From Pavona decussata (lineage: Eukaryota), in the NCBI GenBank assembly GCA_977016875.1, contig CDRNST010000086.1, forward strand, positions 1,674,001-1,738,000: 64,000 bases of DNA, written 5' to 3'. Below the pieces are notes generated by a model that saw only the letters and a program-made list of their open reading frames with translations, ran no database searches and was not told where the DNA came from. Both the position numbers and the translations under genes were made by a program. Below are positions 1-14,100 of this stretch, one piece after another (within the stretch, counting starts at the first letter, position 1; every line of letters starts with the position of its first letter).

Positions 1-239
1 GATGAAAAAGTCACTTTATAGATATTGCAAAAGAAACAATCCATAAACATACAAACTACAAAAGATAAGTTGATGGGTAATTGTGCTCCAAATTAACTAA
101 CATTCTTATTATTCAGATCAAGCACACATTTACACACATTTGCAGAAGTTTAAATGGCCTCAATCTCTGAAGACAACAAATTGGTCTTTATTGCAGCTTT
201 TTTAAATTAGAATTCATTTCCTAGATATACATGTAGTGT

Positions 240-1787
240 TCACTTGTAGAGGAATTCTTCGTTACTGTGCACCCAAGGTGTCCAAACATAGTCGTACAGC
301 TCTGGTTTGGAAGCAGGATCAGGCTCTGGGTAACGCACGGGCACAGCCGTGGCATTATATTGCTTGATTTTCTCCATCAATGCTGACACCATTTCTGGAT
401 AAACCTCAGACATATCATTTCTTTCTTCTGGATCCTCTCGTATGTTGAAAAGAAAGGTGCTGTTAATGTTGTCAAAAAGATTTGGTGCATGTTTGATGGT
501 GTGGGGACTTTCTGCTGGTGGGACCCAACTTCCATTTCCTGGACAGCCGGTCAAAAGTTTCCAGTCGCCAACTCGTATTGCAGCTTGTCGACAGTGCTTG
601 TAAGGCTCATTGTAAAAGTTCCAGTAAGCATCTATAGGATCAATACTATGCAAAATTTCCTTTCTAGGTGAGGGCTTCCCACTACTCAATGTGTCCCATA
701 CATTGTAACCATCCAATGGCAATCCATCAACTGATCCCCCAGCCAGATGCACAATTGTAGGGAACCAATCAGTGACATGGATCATCTCCGAGTTAATCTG
801 ACCAGGTGTTGATAACAGTTGACTGTGAACAAGCGCCACCCCTCTCATTCCACCCTCCCACAGTGATTCTTTCCAGCCACGCAAAGGCCAGTTGTTACCA
901 CCATAATGCACTTGCCCGCCATTGTCAGTACTGAAAATGAGCACTGTGTCATTCCACAAGCCATACTCTTCTAGAGCTTTGGTTATGTTGCCAATGCCTT
1001 CGTCCATGCAAGACACCATTCCTGCATATGTCCTGCGATTGTAGTCCTTTATATCACCGTACGGTTCGGTATAATGTGAGGGTACCTCCATAGGTGAATG
1101 GACTGCTTGGTACGCCACAAAAAGAAACAAAGGCTTTTCTGCTTCATGAGAGGAAATTACTTTCACTGCTTCATCTGTGAACAAGTAGGTCGAATAATTC
1201 CCAACAGCGTCACGAGCCACTTCTTCATTTCTTCGCAAATCATAACCATTCAAAGCAATAAATTCATCAGTTTTCCCTGGGAATCCCAGATCGTTCTTAT
1301 GCCAATAATAGTCTTCCCCACCGGTCAAGTAGCCAAAGAACGAATCGAAACCGCGTTGAGTTGGGATCAACTCTCGTTTGTAGAATCCAATATGCCACTT
1401 TCCAACCATGTGGGTACTATAGCCACTCTCTTTCAACTTATTTGCAATCGTGGTCTCGTTCTCGGGGAGTGCATTCGCCTGAGATGGCCAAATTATTCCG
1501 TGTTGTAAGCCAGTATGGATTTGATACCTTCCGGAAAACAATTGGCTTCTGGTTGGTGTGCAAATTGGTTGTACGTAATAACTCTCGAGACGCACTCCAC
1601 CGGCGGCCAAGCTGTCAAGGTTCGGAGTTTTTATGCGAGGATTGTGATAACCAACGTCGTTGAACCCAAAATCATCGGCCAAAATGAACACAATGTGTGG
1701 TGGTTTTCCGAGAACACTGTACATGTGCAAGCAGCAAATAATAAAACATATTCCGAAAGCTGAAATCTGGTTGCTGTTCATGCCCAT
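240..1787 (-). CDS. ARSB: Arylsulfatase B-like (ARSB/I/J family) sulfatase, single coding exon, 515 aa
   Basis: Hydrophobic N-terminal signal-like peptide, PHIVFILADD, formylglycine motif CTPTRSQLFSGRY, GYSTHMVGKWH, STDNGG, NWPLRGxKxSLWEGG, and a C-terminal LFNIREDPEER...VPVRYP..DP..WTPW typical of ARSB/I/J. Family is secure; exact orthologue is not. Confidence 0.92.
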   Translation of the reverse strand: MGMNSNQISAFGICFIICCLHMYSVLGKPPHIVFILADDFGFNDVGYHNPRIKTPNLDSLAAGGVRLESYYVQPICTPTRSQLFSGRYQIHTGLQHGIIWPSQANALPENETTIANKLKESGYSTHMVGKWHIGFYKRELIPTQRGFDSFFGYLTGGEDYYWHKNDLGFPGKTDEFIALNGYDLRRNEEVARDAVGNYSTYLFTDEAVKVISSHEAEKPLFLFVAYQAVHSPMEVPSHYTEPYGDIKDYNRRTYAGMVSCMDEGIGNITKALEEYGLWNDTVLIFSTDNGGQVHYGGNNWPLRGWKESLWEGGMRGVALVHSQLLSTPGQINSEMIHVTDWFPTIVHLAGGSVDGLPLDGYNVWDTLSSGKPSPRKEILHSIDPIDAYWNFYNEPYKHCRQAAIRVGDWKLLTGCPGNGSWVPPAESPHTIKHAPNLFDNINSTFLFNIREDPEERNDMSEVYPEMVSALMEKIKQYNATAVPVRYPEPDPASKPELYDYVWTPWVHSNEEFLYK

Positions 1788-2142
1788 GGTTGTCTGAACG
1801 GTCCGTCAAAACCCGGAACCAATCAGAAGATTGTCACGTGAAGCAACGAGGAGATGGAATCGAGCTCGCGGATCACACTACCATCGCAAAATCTGTAAAC
1901 AATCTGAACAGTGTACAAACGAAAGAAAAATGTACCACAAAAAATTTTTTGAACCCAATCCTCCTCCGGAACACCGCATGGAACATTCGTTCTTCAAAAG
2001 GAGAACTGGGAACGAAGGGGTTTGTTTACATCTCTGTCTGTTTTCAATAATTTTTGACACGTTGTTCGGGTTTCCCCGTAACAGCTAGATAATCTGGAAT
2101 CTGACAATTTTTCCAGTTTCGTTTCCCCCCGGCCGTGTAGTT
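1788..2142. promoter_or_regulatory. Putative bidirectional promoter (sulfatase / LPCAT-A)
   Basis: Divergent ATGs at 1787 (-) and 2143 (+) with 355 bp between them. ETS-like CCGGAA 1813-1818, CCAAT 1819-1823, E-box TCACGTGA 1834-1841. Confidence 0.65.
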
Positions 2143-5100
2143 ATGCTCCCAATAGTCGAGGATGAAGTTAAACGTTTTTATAGTGAGCTCAGCCTGAAAG
2201 AGCCGATTGTTCGCAATCCATTCATTCATCGAGTACAAATATCGGGTTGGCAGAAGAAATTCGAGGTAAGAGAGGATGGCCCACAAATCTGTTGTATATA
2301 CTTGTTAGATCAAGTTATGACATTATCCCATTTATTTTGCCTTAAAAAAGACGGATGCAGGCATTTGTTGTCGTGCAATGAGGTCTATACGAATATTCGA
2401 ACGCAACGCCTCCCCCTAATGACAAGAAAGCGAAAATGATCTGTAAACGTTACAATGAATCTCAGTAGAAAAATATATTTCGTGTGTCAAATCGATGGAT
2501 TTTTTTTTTCTCTGATTCATTTGGTCATTTTTCCAAGGATCATCACAAATATTTTCTTAGATTTAGGTCTTGTCGATTCAATGCGCTGTATAGTATCAAT
2601 CCACTGCCCCACAAGCATCCTACGGTTTTATTAATCTCTAACAATATTAACACGTTAAATGTAGAAACTCTTACGGCTGTTTACATACACAGTCGATTAA
2701 CTTTTGTTTGCTCATGAAAGCACTGTCATTTAAAGTCAAGAGCATATTCCGTCGATTTTTCACTTTTAAGACATTTATTTATTTAAATGCGGTGATTTGC
2801 AAAACAAAACTTGAAGTTGGATTTCTGACAGTATTTTTAATTTATGATGTCGGTCTTTATAGTACCTGTTATGAAAACGCATTTTAATTATTGTTTTATC
2901 CACGCAGTCAATGCAGATTTTATTAATGCAAACATATTAGTTACATTCCATGTATACACTTGTATTTGCACATTGTATCATTCTTTTATGTTTTGTAATT
3001 GGTTTGTGATAATAATTTCCAGCAAATATCTAACTACAAATTATGGCCATTTAGCATTTTTAGCTCCGCGGTTTTCGCTTATGTGAACACAAATTGTGAA
3101 CCCCTTGGGTTGGGGGAATGTTTGTTCATTTAAAAATGACAAGAAGAGACCCTGAAGCCAATTATAATTTATATTATTAATAACGTCTATCCCAGAAAAC
3201 ACTTTGTACAAAACTAAAACTTGAAAGTCACCGTGTCTTTCTTGGCATTTCAACAAGCATCTAGTTGATATTAGATTAAAAATAGCCACCAGAATCTTAC
3301 AATCTAATTAAAATATTATAATAGATACTTGAAAAAATTCAAGTCCACCCTCGATCTTCTTCCCTGGCCAAAAGAGATCAATATAAACAAATAAATGATG
3401 TGTACATAACATATTGTACTGGTAGTTCACATTGAAAACAGTTTCTGTACATCTTCAGCAGTTACATTGCTCAGGTAGTTAACGACTGGACAAGCCATTT
3501 AAGTTAATGGCTGGATTTTTAACAGTGCCTTTAAAGGCACTGTTTCATTACCATAAATCCTGCTTATAAGTAATGGACTTATGCCAGTTCGTAAGGGGCA
3601 TAGACATTTTACTTTAAATTAGTAATAAATTATCCACCATTTATGAAAAGGTCTGTTTTGTTGTGTTTTGACAGATTGTTTTGGGCTTCATTTTTCTTCT
3701 TCCAATTCGTCTTTTGGTTGGTGTTATTCTCATCCTCTTTGCTGGAGTTTGGTGTTTTGCTATTACTGCAGGATGGAATCCACCAGACTTGAGGACTCCA
3801 CTGACTCCATGGAGAAGGTAAATAAGTAGAGTATCAGAAGACTAATCACTATGAAATGGCATTTAATTAATTAATTATTTTTTTATTTACTTATTTATTT
3901 ATTTATTGAGTTTCCTACATGTAATTCCCTCACCCCAGCCATGTGTCCTCTTCTTTTCTCTATTTACAGTAATCAACTAAAATTTTGATGTATTGTACAA
4001 AGTTTACATAAGGGCTGCTTTCTAGTAAAATCAATTGTTTTTTACATTTATATAATTTCCGTTTACAGTTATTTACTTATTATATAATAATTAATATATG
4101 AGCAAGCACTGCCAAACTTTCCAACTTAATTTCTGAAATTTATTTGGAAACATTTTAGTGTGACAGGTTAATAATAATAAAAAAATGGTTTTAATGTATA
4201 GAAAGGGTTAAAACAGCATAGTGAGTATTTACTAAATTATGTCAGTTACTCTTTTAAGTACATGTACCACCCACAACAGCTGAAAGCTTTGTTATTGTTT
4301 TTCTAATTTTTAAGAAGCTTTCTTTCTATTAAATTTGTTATGTGTTTGCGTTGTTTCATAAATGTCATCATAGTCTTAAATTTTTCAGAAGTTAAATTTT
4401 AATAAGTTTTGAGTGCTTCCGTAAGAAGAAGAGAGGGAGGTATGATTAATGAATTTTTGAAAATTTGAGAAAGCAAAATTGAGTTTGAAGAAACATACAA
4501 GTTTAAATTAATAGATGGACGTAGTTCAAAACAGTTTGTTCTTAACCTGCTGTACAGTAATGCATGGTAACTATAACTGCACACATCCTTTAAGTTTCAT
4601 TAAAAATTAGTTACCCATTGACTCCTTAAAAGCATCAGAAGCCATCATCATCATCATCATCATCATCAGTCTATGTATTAATAAAAAGCAAAACTGGGTG
4701 CAATCAGGCCTCCTAAGGGTATTTTGTTGGAACAACTTAAGAATTACTGTCTTTTACATTTATAGACACATTGACAGTACCCGAAATGTTAAACAAGGTC
4801 GTTTCATTTCATGGCTATTTTGATGGGCCTTATCTAGAATCCAGTGTACACAGTTGGGAATTGTTTTGTTCTTCAGGAAAATGAAAGATGGCATTCCTGC
4901 TATTGTCCGATTACTGCTGTTTGTCTTGGGCTTTCACAAGATCAAGATTAAAGGCAAATTGGCTTCACCATCAGAAGCTCCTTTAACTGTTATTGCCCCT
5001 CATTCTTCATTCCTTGATATATTACTGCTGTGTGAATATGGTACTGCACCTTCTGGCATTTCAAAAATGGAAAATCTGGAGAGCCGTACCCTTGGACGTA

Positions 5101-8100
5101 AGTTAAGGGGCATGCATGTAAACACTTACTAAGGATGGTCAGTTAACATGAGAATGGAATTTAGAATGTGCATCAATAAATGAATAATGATAATAATTTT
5201 ATTATTGCTATAGCGTGAAATTCATTAATAGATTATCTAATGCACTTTACAAATTGATAAAATGGAGACTAACTAATAGTACCATAATAATGATTATTAG
5301 TTAATCAATTAAGCTAACACAAACATTTACTTGCTAGAAAATCTTCTACGGCTGTGAGTTGGTGGTTTGTTTTTGTGCTTAACACTTTCACGCATTTGTT
5401 ACTATAATTATTTATCACTGATATTGATACACGTATATAAAATATATAATTAAAAGAAAATAGATGTTAATCACTGCAATGTACAAGTGAAGTGTGTGTG
5501 CAGTCTAGTGGAATGACCATAATAAAAATGAATCTGGATTCAAGGCTGTTGCCCAAGAAAAATTCAAGGAGCTCACAAGGCCGAAAGCCAAGAGGGTAGA
5601 AGCCCAGCATGTGAAGTGTTAGATGCTGCTGCAAAAAATTTGCATGCCCAGAGCATTTTCTTGGATGCCCCAGACTACTAGACTCCTGTCAGGCTGCAGC
5701 CGAGTCAGGATGGCTAATAGTGGGGAGCAATGCAAGCTAAATTGCAATACTAGCAAAGCAAGAAGACTCGTTTTTTTCCCACTCTGACGTTGTTATTCGT
5801 TTGTGTGGTGATTTTCGTTGCTCCCCACTATCTGAATGCCTGAAACAGGCCAGCTCCAACCTACAACCTTGATCATACAGCAGACCTCATGGATTATAAT
5901 TTCTTGTCTTTCAGCATTTTTTCAGTCACTTGAAGTCATTGGTGTTTCAAGAGACAATACAAAATCAAGGCAAGCAGCTGTCAAGGAACTGCAATACAGA
6001 GCAATTACAACAAAAGGGCAGTGGCCCCATATCTGCATTTTCCCTGAAGGTGCACTTTCTATTAATATGTTTATTCAGTGGTAGATTTAGGAGAAGACCC
6101 TAGGGTAAGATTGCTGTACTGGCCTTCCCCCTTCCCCCTCCCCTTCAGGAGTAGTTTTATTCTCTTGTTTAGCAAACAGAAACACCCAACAGTTCATTTT
6201 GGGATGGCCTTGATAGCCTCAGAAATTAGGATTTAATTATAAAGAAAACCTAGTGCACTTTTCTTCAGCGAAGTGTCAACTCAAAACTTGACATAACACT
6301 GAAAAACTAGTTCCTTTTGATTTTGAAGGGGAAAATATGACATTTAAAATGTGGAAAAAAGCATTTTCATAAAACCATCAACAGCTAGTAAATTTGGAGA
6401 ATAAATGTGTTTACGTACGCATTAGTAGCCAGGCTGTAGCTAGTGCTACTGAAACGTGTTATAAGAAGATACAAAGGGACAACAATATTGTATTTTAAAA
6501 ATTTATTTTCAGGTACTTGCACAAATAGAAAAAGCTTAATATCATTTAAACCTGGTGAGTTATAAGCTGTATGTTTCAGATAATTTGTGTTGGTTGGCAT
6601 TTTTAGTTTGTTTTCCATGGCCAGTGTACACATACTTCCTGGTGGATGTATCCATTTGTATTTGACTGTACATGTGCATTAAGCCATTTATCAGGATGTT
6701 TGCTATTGCTTCAAATATATATATTTTTTTCAGCTTAATGCTTGCTTTACAGTTGTATTGTGTTGTGATTTTAATTTTGGTTTTGGTTAAGAACTTTTTA
6801 AAACCAGTTTAACCCTTTCAGGACGACCCCTGCAAATATCGTACAAATTCGTACAATGACGTAAAATGTGTCTATAGCAATGCGTTTTTGTGTACCGGTT
6901 CTGAAAATACCCTGGGTTTTCCCTTTAGGCCCCGCCAATCATTGTCTCACCCTTTGTTTGTCCTCTTTTGCCATTGGCTGCGGTATGGTTTTAAATCCTT
7001 TGTTCCTGAAAATGGTGATGAATTTCAGGCACTGAAGGAAAATAAAAATCTAACTGGTTCCAAAAACAAAAGTCAACCAAAGCTAGTAGCAATGAGCTTG
7101 AATTAATATACTACTAATCCTGTTTTGCACTCTGTAGGAGCCTTTATACCAGGATGTCCAGTTCAACCAGTGTGCCTCCGTTTTCCTGGTCAACCTGTAA
7201 GTACCATTTGTTTTTAAAAATGCAACTTTATTGGGTATTTAAACTATAAAAATTAATGAAAAAGAAAAAAATTATTATGAACCCAAGAGGGTAGACCACG
7301 AATGGGACACAAGGGCCCATGTGAGCACTGCCAAATTGTTAAGTTAAAACTATAATAATTATAACATTCAGCCAGAGGTGAATGTTGAGCTTTGTGTAGA
7401 GTGGGGCCCATGCAGATTGAAAATGTTTGAATATTTAATTTAAAGTGTTTGGCCCTTATGTTCGCCTTGGATCTGCCACTGATTATTGATAGCAAGACTA
7501 TATAAGACCCTGTTTATGTGGTCTCTGGACCATAATATTATAAACATATAGACTTTTAAAAAGTTTGAAACTATAGTCAGCATCTAAATTTATTATTAGA
7601 CTTTTTTTTTAATTTCTTAATAATGTTGTTCAGTTGGTTGATAATAATGTCATGCAGACTTAAATTGTCATTTTGTTTTCCCAGGATATTTATTCTTGGA
7701 CATGGGATGGCCCTGGAACGTAAGCATTATTAAATAAATAAATATGTTCTGGTTAAAAAATTGAAAAACTATCTTGACTAACTGTTTCACTGCAAGTGAC
7801 TTATTAACTTATTATTTTTTTAGGCTATTATTGACTGTTCTTCTTCTATGCATGCTGAATAATGTAGCTGAAATAGAGGTAAGCTTATTATTATTACTAA
7901 GTTTTCATTTATTCCATCAAACTTAAGATAAGAACCTATGGTCAAGGTTTTAAGTTAGATTAACAAAGTATTCGTCACAAGTGGAGGTTAGGTGCCATAA
8001 GGGGGAGGGGTGGGAGGGGAAAATGCAATCAATGAACAAACAGCTAACTGGTTCAATGCCATGCATGAAAGTACGCTGTAATACAAGCTTGATGCAATGC

Positions 8101-11100
8101 CAGCTAGCCTGAGCTTCAGAGAAGACCACTAACTGTTTCTAAGATCAGGCAATCTCGTATCCAGAGTCCTCAGGCTCTTGGGTAATTACCTCACGTGACA
8201 AGCCCAGCTCACCAATCTCGTACCCAGAGTCCTCAGGCTCTTTGGCCAGTGGTTAGTCGCCAGGAGAGACCCTGGGGACTTCGAATTTTATTACTGCAGG
8301 ATTTCTGTAGTAAAACAATGGAAACCGTTACGGAACAGCCAATCAGAAAATTTACATCTTTACGAAGTCCCCAGAGTCTCTCCTGGCGCCCACCAGCTGA
8401 ACAAAAAGCATGAGGACTCTGGGTACGAGATTGAAGATCAGGAGCCCAGGAACCAAAACCACTGACCACCTACAGTGGAAAAGTGGACCCACAATAAAGC
8501 CCACCATAAAAACTTCTGGATACCCCAACTGCCAAAAAATGCTAAAAACGCCTACCACTAAACACCAACAGAAACGGCAACATGCTAAAATGCTCAAGAC
8601 ATTAACACACAAACCGTCACTAAATGCCACCTGAGTAGACAATTCAAGCTGAACCCCAGACCCCACAACGAAGACATGGGAGACTGCCAACAAGCTTGCT
8701 CCTTGTTGTTAAATATATGCATGTTAAATTTCATTCAACTATTAATATATATTAAACATACATATTCTGATACACAAATCATTTCTTTAGCAGCCTTTAG
8801 CAGGTCTAGACTGCGAGCGGTCTCTCTTTTGCTCGTGAATCTGTGGAGAAGAATGCAAAAACTGAGCACAACATTTGGGGGGTGTTTCAGCATGAGCCTT
8901 CTTGCACCCATGCTGCTCATGGTTTTGCTGCTCGTGCGCATGACTTGCACTTCAAATATCTTGCATTCTCCCCTGCGGATTCTCGAGCAAAAGGCTCAGA
9001 CTGCTTGCAGTCTATATCAGGTGTGATTTTCTGGAGATGCACACATTCTCAAAGATCTCTGAATTGTAGCCATTAAATCGCCTCTAGCTTTCAAAAAACT
9101 TGACAATGTGTGAACCTCTGGTAACTCTAAGACATGACATCCCTGGAATCCTTCAAGCCCAAATATTATCAGAAATTCAATGCAAACACTGTACTTAATG
9201 CCATTGTCATGCCGTAGACATGCTTTACAGTGGCCTGAGTTACATTAGCTTTGTGTTAATTTTGGTGTTATGTTTTGGCCGGGTTATTTAATTTATAATA
9301 TTTACTTTTGAGTTAAACATTCTTGCATGCATACCAAATAATGTGTTTTGTGTAGTGGAAGTACTGTCAGTGATATGATTTTACAAATTTAAGACGATGA
9401 ACCAAGCCACGCTCCTGTTAATAAAATTAATATTAATATTATTGCACAGGCAGCATTTTCAAATTGTCTTGTTTGTTGATGATTAAGGCTGTCTTTCCTC
9501 AATAAGCATACATGCAGTTCATTTTAAAACTGTCAAAAAGTAATTCTCATGTTTTTACATCCTATGTAACAGTTCCTGCCAGTATGGAACCCCACTGAGG
9601 AGGTATGATATATATAATTATTGTTTTACCAAGTTGCTCTTTCTTATATATTTTAATAGGACATTTTCACTATGGCGTCATTTGACTACAACTACCAGAA
9701 TCCTTCAATTTTTGTTTTCTCATGCTAAGTAGAGCTATTGTTCTTTGCTCTCCACTGGGATTACAAAATTTGAATTTGAAAAGGAAAACAAAATGAATTC
9801 TGGTAGTTGTAGTCAAATGACGCCATCATGAAAATGGCCTATTGGGCTCTGTAACGTCACGTGATAGTTGTTATCCAATAGGATGCAAGATTTTACATGT
9901 GCTCGCGATCTTGTAGAGGACTTTTGGGGTGAACCGTCTCATGGATTAAAATATCATTTGTTCACGTTTATAAGAACTGTTTTTGTTGCTCAGCAAAGCC
10001 ACAACGTTACAGGCTCTATATATAGTTTTAATAGCACCACGTGACAGTACTGTTTTTGTTTGAGGTAACTTTTCTTGCCTGTCAGAGTTCTTCCATTTCA
10101 TAGGTTTATTGAAAAGGAAGCCAACAGATCTAGAATGTTGTCAAAAAGATGCCAAAGTTTCTAAAACTGTATAGCTGTTTTAACAGTAGCACACAGTACT
10201 GCTTTTTCTGTAGGTAACTTTTATTTTTGAAAGTTTTGTGATGGCTTCTGTGTCAACTGAATTATGATCGCTCTTCCTGTCAGAGTTCTTTCATTTCATA
10301 AACTTATTGAAAAGGAAGCCATCAGAATGTTATCAAAATGAAGTCAAAGTTTTTTAAAACTAATGAAAACTTTAATAATTGACAATGATGTGGTGAACGG
10401 TACTGTGATATTTAAATATTTATTATCATTTTTATGTCAGTATACAAACCATTCATAACAATCAGCAAAATTTGGATTACCAAAAGATAAATGACTATAA
10501 TTTCATGTATTGTAAACATCAATAAAATTTGAATCATCCAAAAGTAAACAACTGTAAGTTATTTCATAATTTTGTTTCAGGAAAAAGAAAATCCTAAACT
10601 CTATGCTGAGCATGTTCAACAGTATATGTCAAGGTTGGTTGAGATCATCGCACATTGTTCATCCTTTCCCCGGGACCTAACTGACACTGCATGAACAAAT
10701 TTCAATATTTCTACCTCTAAATCAACTGCAAAAGCCAAGGACAAAGCAGCTCTCTGGGCAAAATTTGCTGGCAATGGCGTCTTTTCTCGCCAAGTGTGTC
10801 TATTGCTGCGGTCTTACTGCTTTAAAACATTTATGAGGGGATGGTTTTGTCATTGCTTAATCTTATACTAGCTAAGATCGTCTTGTTGTTTAAGAAAAAA
10901 TCGAACAAAAATTCTCAATATAACAAGGTCAACTTAGGTGTAAAAGGGGGTTAGTTTGTAAAGAAACTGCGGTGCTGTGTCAGGGCGTAAGGAGTAGAAA
11001 CGAATGTTTGGTTTACCAGCAGAGTTGATAACTAAAGGTAAATTGGCCACCGTAAAGAGTTCAAGTGCTGACGTTTCGAGCGTTAGCCCTTCGTCAGGTC

Positions 11101-14100
11101 AGAGCAAATCAGTGTAAAAAAAAAATAAATAAATAAAAATTAAGCCCCTTTTTGAGTGCATGACAGATGAGGTGACATCATCTGAGAAACACTGAAGAGT
11201 TTACTGCAAAAGGGGCGTACATTGCTGTTTGGCTAAAAAGTCAGAAAAATGCTCAAAACCTGCTCAGTTTACTCTGCACCGCAGATTTTGTACGCTCAAC
11301 CGCCCTTCAAGGTTTTTCAATTTCATATTGTTCAAAGGCTAACCTACCAGGAAGTTTGCCTCTGCTTTAATCTAGTGGCAGTTTCATGTTAATTATCAAA
11401 TCCTTTTAAATTTAACCTTTAGGCAAAAAGGAAAATATATGGCTTCACATTTAGCACCCAAAATCCACACTGCGTGCTGAAACTGGTCAAGTTTGAAGTG
11501 CTTTTCTGTCTTTGGTCAAAAGGATATACGCTCCTTTTACACAAATCCCTTATAAATCATGTTTTACCGTGGTTGTCGAGCTTCAAGACATAACTGACAG
11601 CTCTACAAGGTCTGTAGTCTCATTTTTGGTGGCTATCGTGTCACTATTGTTCAGTCGTGAATAGTGATTGAAGTAAATAGCTTTGTACGTTTTCGTCATA
11701 CAATAGCTTACAATGCGTGTTCGGATTGTATGGCAGAAGGAAAGCTGGAAAAGCTCGAAATATTAAAGCACTCAAAGCAGGGATGTATACAACCTCGTTC
11801 CCAGGGTCTCTCCTCTTTCCGTCCCCTGAGGGACCTTGGGAACGAGTTGGGATGAGCATCAATGAGAAACTCCGAATTACATGATTCTGATTCCATGATT
11901 TGAGTCTGGGTCTCATATGTAGAAGGCCAGATAATTACTGTTACTGCTGCTTCAGATCTGTAGCTTAACCCTATAAGTTGTACATCCTTCCGAATACGGT
12001 GTTTTATTTTGTTTATAGGTGTTTAAATCTTCCCGTGACAGGCCACTCATTCGAGGACACCCTTCTCATGGCCACCGCTACCAAGCTTGGCCTTCCACCT
12101 GAGGCCGGAGTCATAGAGTTCAATAATACTGCAGGCAAACTAGGGTGTGTACTGCAAAACAATTTAAATTAATTTCCTGTATGACATGGTCATTGGGAAA
12201 TGAATGTTTAAGTTTAGTAGAATCTCTTAATAATAGAGAGATTTAGAATCGCGTTTACGGCAAACAGCAAACGATAGATTCACGTTTGTGTTTTCTTGAA
12301 ACTGAAATAAGTACAAATATGACAATAGTGCAGAACCTTTGATGGTAACCCAAAAGAACTCAATTTACTGAGAAACTGGAAACAGTGAGCGGCTCTAAAA
12401 TATAGGACAAAGATGATCCCGTGGTCATTTCTGCCGTTTTGCGTAAACGTTAGAAACCCTTTTGATCCAGTGCGCATAGCAGGGCATGTCATAATTTTGT
12501 GTTGACATAAAGTCTGCAAAAACTATCAACACAAACTTTTCAAAAAGTATATGCTATAGTGCACTGCTTTCAAGAAACATTTCTCTAAAAATTTCAAGAC
12601 TAAATTCAATGCCCGTTTCAACGGTCACCTTTGGGACCACGATCTGTTGTCTGTAGTTGAGAAAGTCCGTCATTTTATTTATTACTTTCAGCCAGATTTC
12701 TGTCCGTAATAGAGCAGAGGTGTCCGCAAGCCGGGAGTTGGCTGTCTCGCTTTCAGCGGATGCTTTAAACTTCGTAGAAGATGACCGAACACTTGTCACA
12801 ATATTTCTAGGATGTGATTATTGCGAGAATTAGAACTTCGTTATACTTTTTGTACTAGTTGTCGCAAGGAATGCTCCAGAGTTTCCTACACCTTAGTCCT
12901 CTGTGTAACTTACAATGATTTTTGCAAATCGCTTCTTCACTAACTACATAGCCTAGAAGGGCGCCCGGGAAGCCTGTTCGCATGCTACAAACTACAGTTA
13001 GACACCACTGATTCCTAAAATGTAGCCAAGTAAGACCCCTCAAGGCAGCGTATCACTCACCGTTTCTGTATCAAGTGGAGAAAGCTTGCTCTTAACCATT
13101 ACAGAGTGAGAATTGCCTGAAGTGTAGCTTGGTGTAACCTTTAGGGACCTGCTTATTCTGTGTTGTGCAATACCATGCGAATAGAAAAGGTGTTTCCACT
13201 TTGAATTGACTTTGTTTTGTCAATCTCATTGCTAGCTATTCAATAAGATCTTAAACTGCATGCAATGTATGAGAATGACAGAACCACTTGACTGGTTTTT
13301 GCAACCAAATACCTCGTCTTCTGCTTTCTCCTGCTTTTCGACATTAACTGAACTGTTCACGGTTATCCGATCTCCACAGTGTCTCAGTGCTTCAAGAGGT
13401 AACTTGCATTTTGTTGTTTCCAGAGTAAACCTCGATTCTGCAAAGGAGCATCTTAACAGATTTGCACTTATGGACTCAGATAAAGATGGCCAGATTTCAC
13501 TGCAGGATTTTGCACTACATTACAAGTTACCCACCTCAACACCCGTAAAGGAGATCTTTTCAATTTTAGACAGGGTAAGATTTTGTGATAACATTACAGC
13601 ATCCTTCGCTCAACGGTGACGTTGTTCACGACCTTGAATAGGGAGCTTTATCAACGGCGACGGCAGCGAAAACGTCACTATTAAAATTATTTTCTCTTTT
13701 TGATGGTCCTCTATGTGCAGTTCATATATATAGTCCTTACCTTTACTTTGAATTCATTTATTTTGGTTTCTTGGTTACAAGTCTCCTTAAAGCGTATCTA
13801 AGCTGCTAGATGTGGAGTCTTGAGTGTTTTTTGACTACAAAATGACACGCGTTTTACTTCGTTTTGCAGGAAAATACAGGTTTTATTGACTTCCGGCAGT
13901 ACTTAGTAGGATCAGTTTGTTTGGCCAGGGTAGCAGCTAACAAAGAAGTGACCGAAAGTGCGTTAAAGGTAAGCTTACAGTGCCTTCATGTCTGGAGAAC
14001 TAGCACAGAAACTAGTATTAATTAGTGTAAATCTACTAGTGTTCTATCACGAATGACGTTCTCTGATTGGCTACGCTACTCGCTATCTATTCTGTGATAG

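Noticed and set aside
489-1763. Antisense ORFs over the sulfatase (likewise over the GPCR, junctophilin and the 661-aa gene)
   Set aside because: Shadow ORFs of real coding sequence, with no independent motifs.
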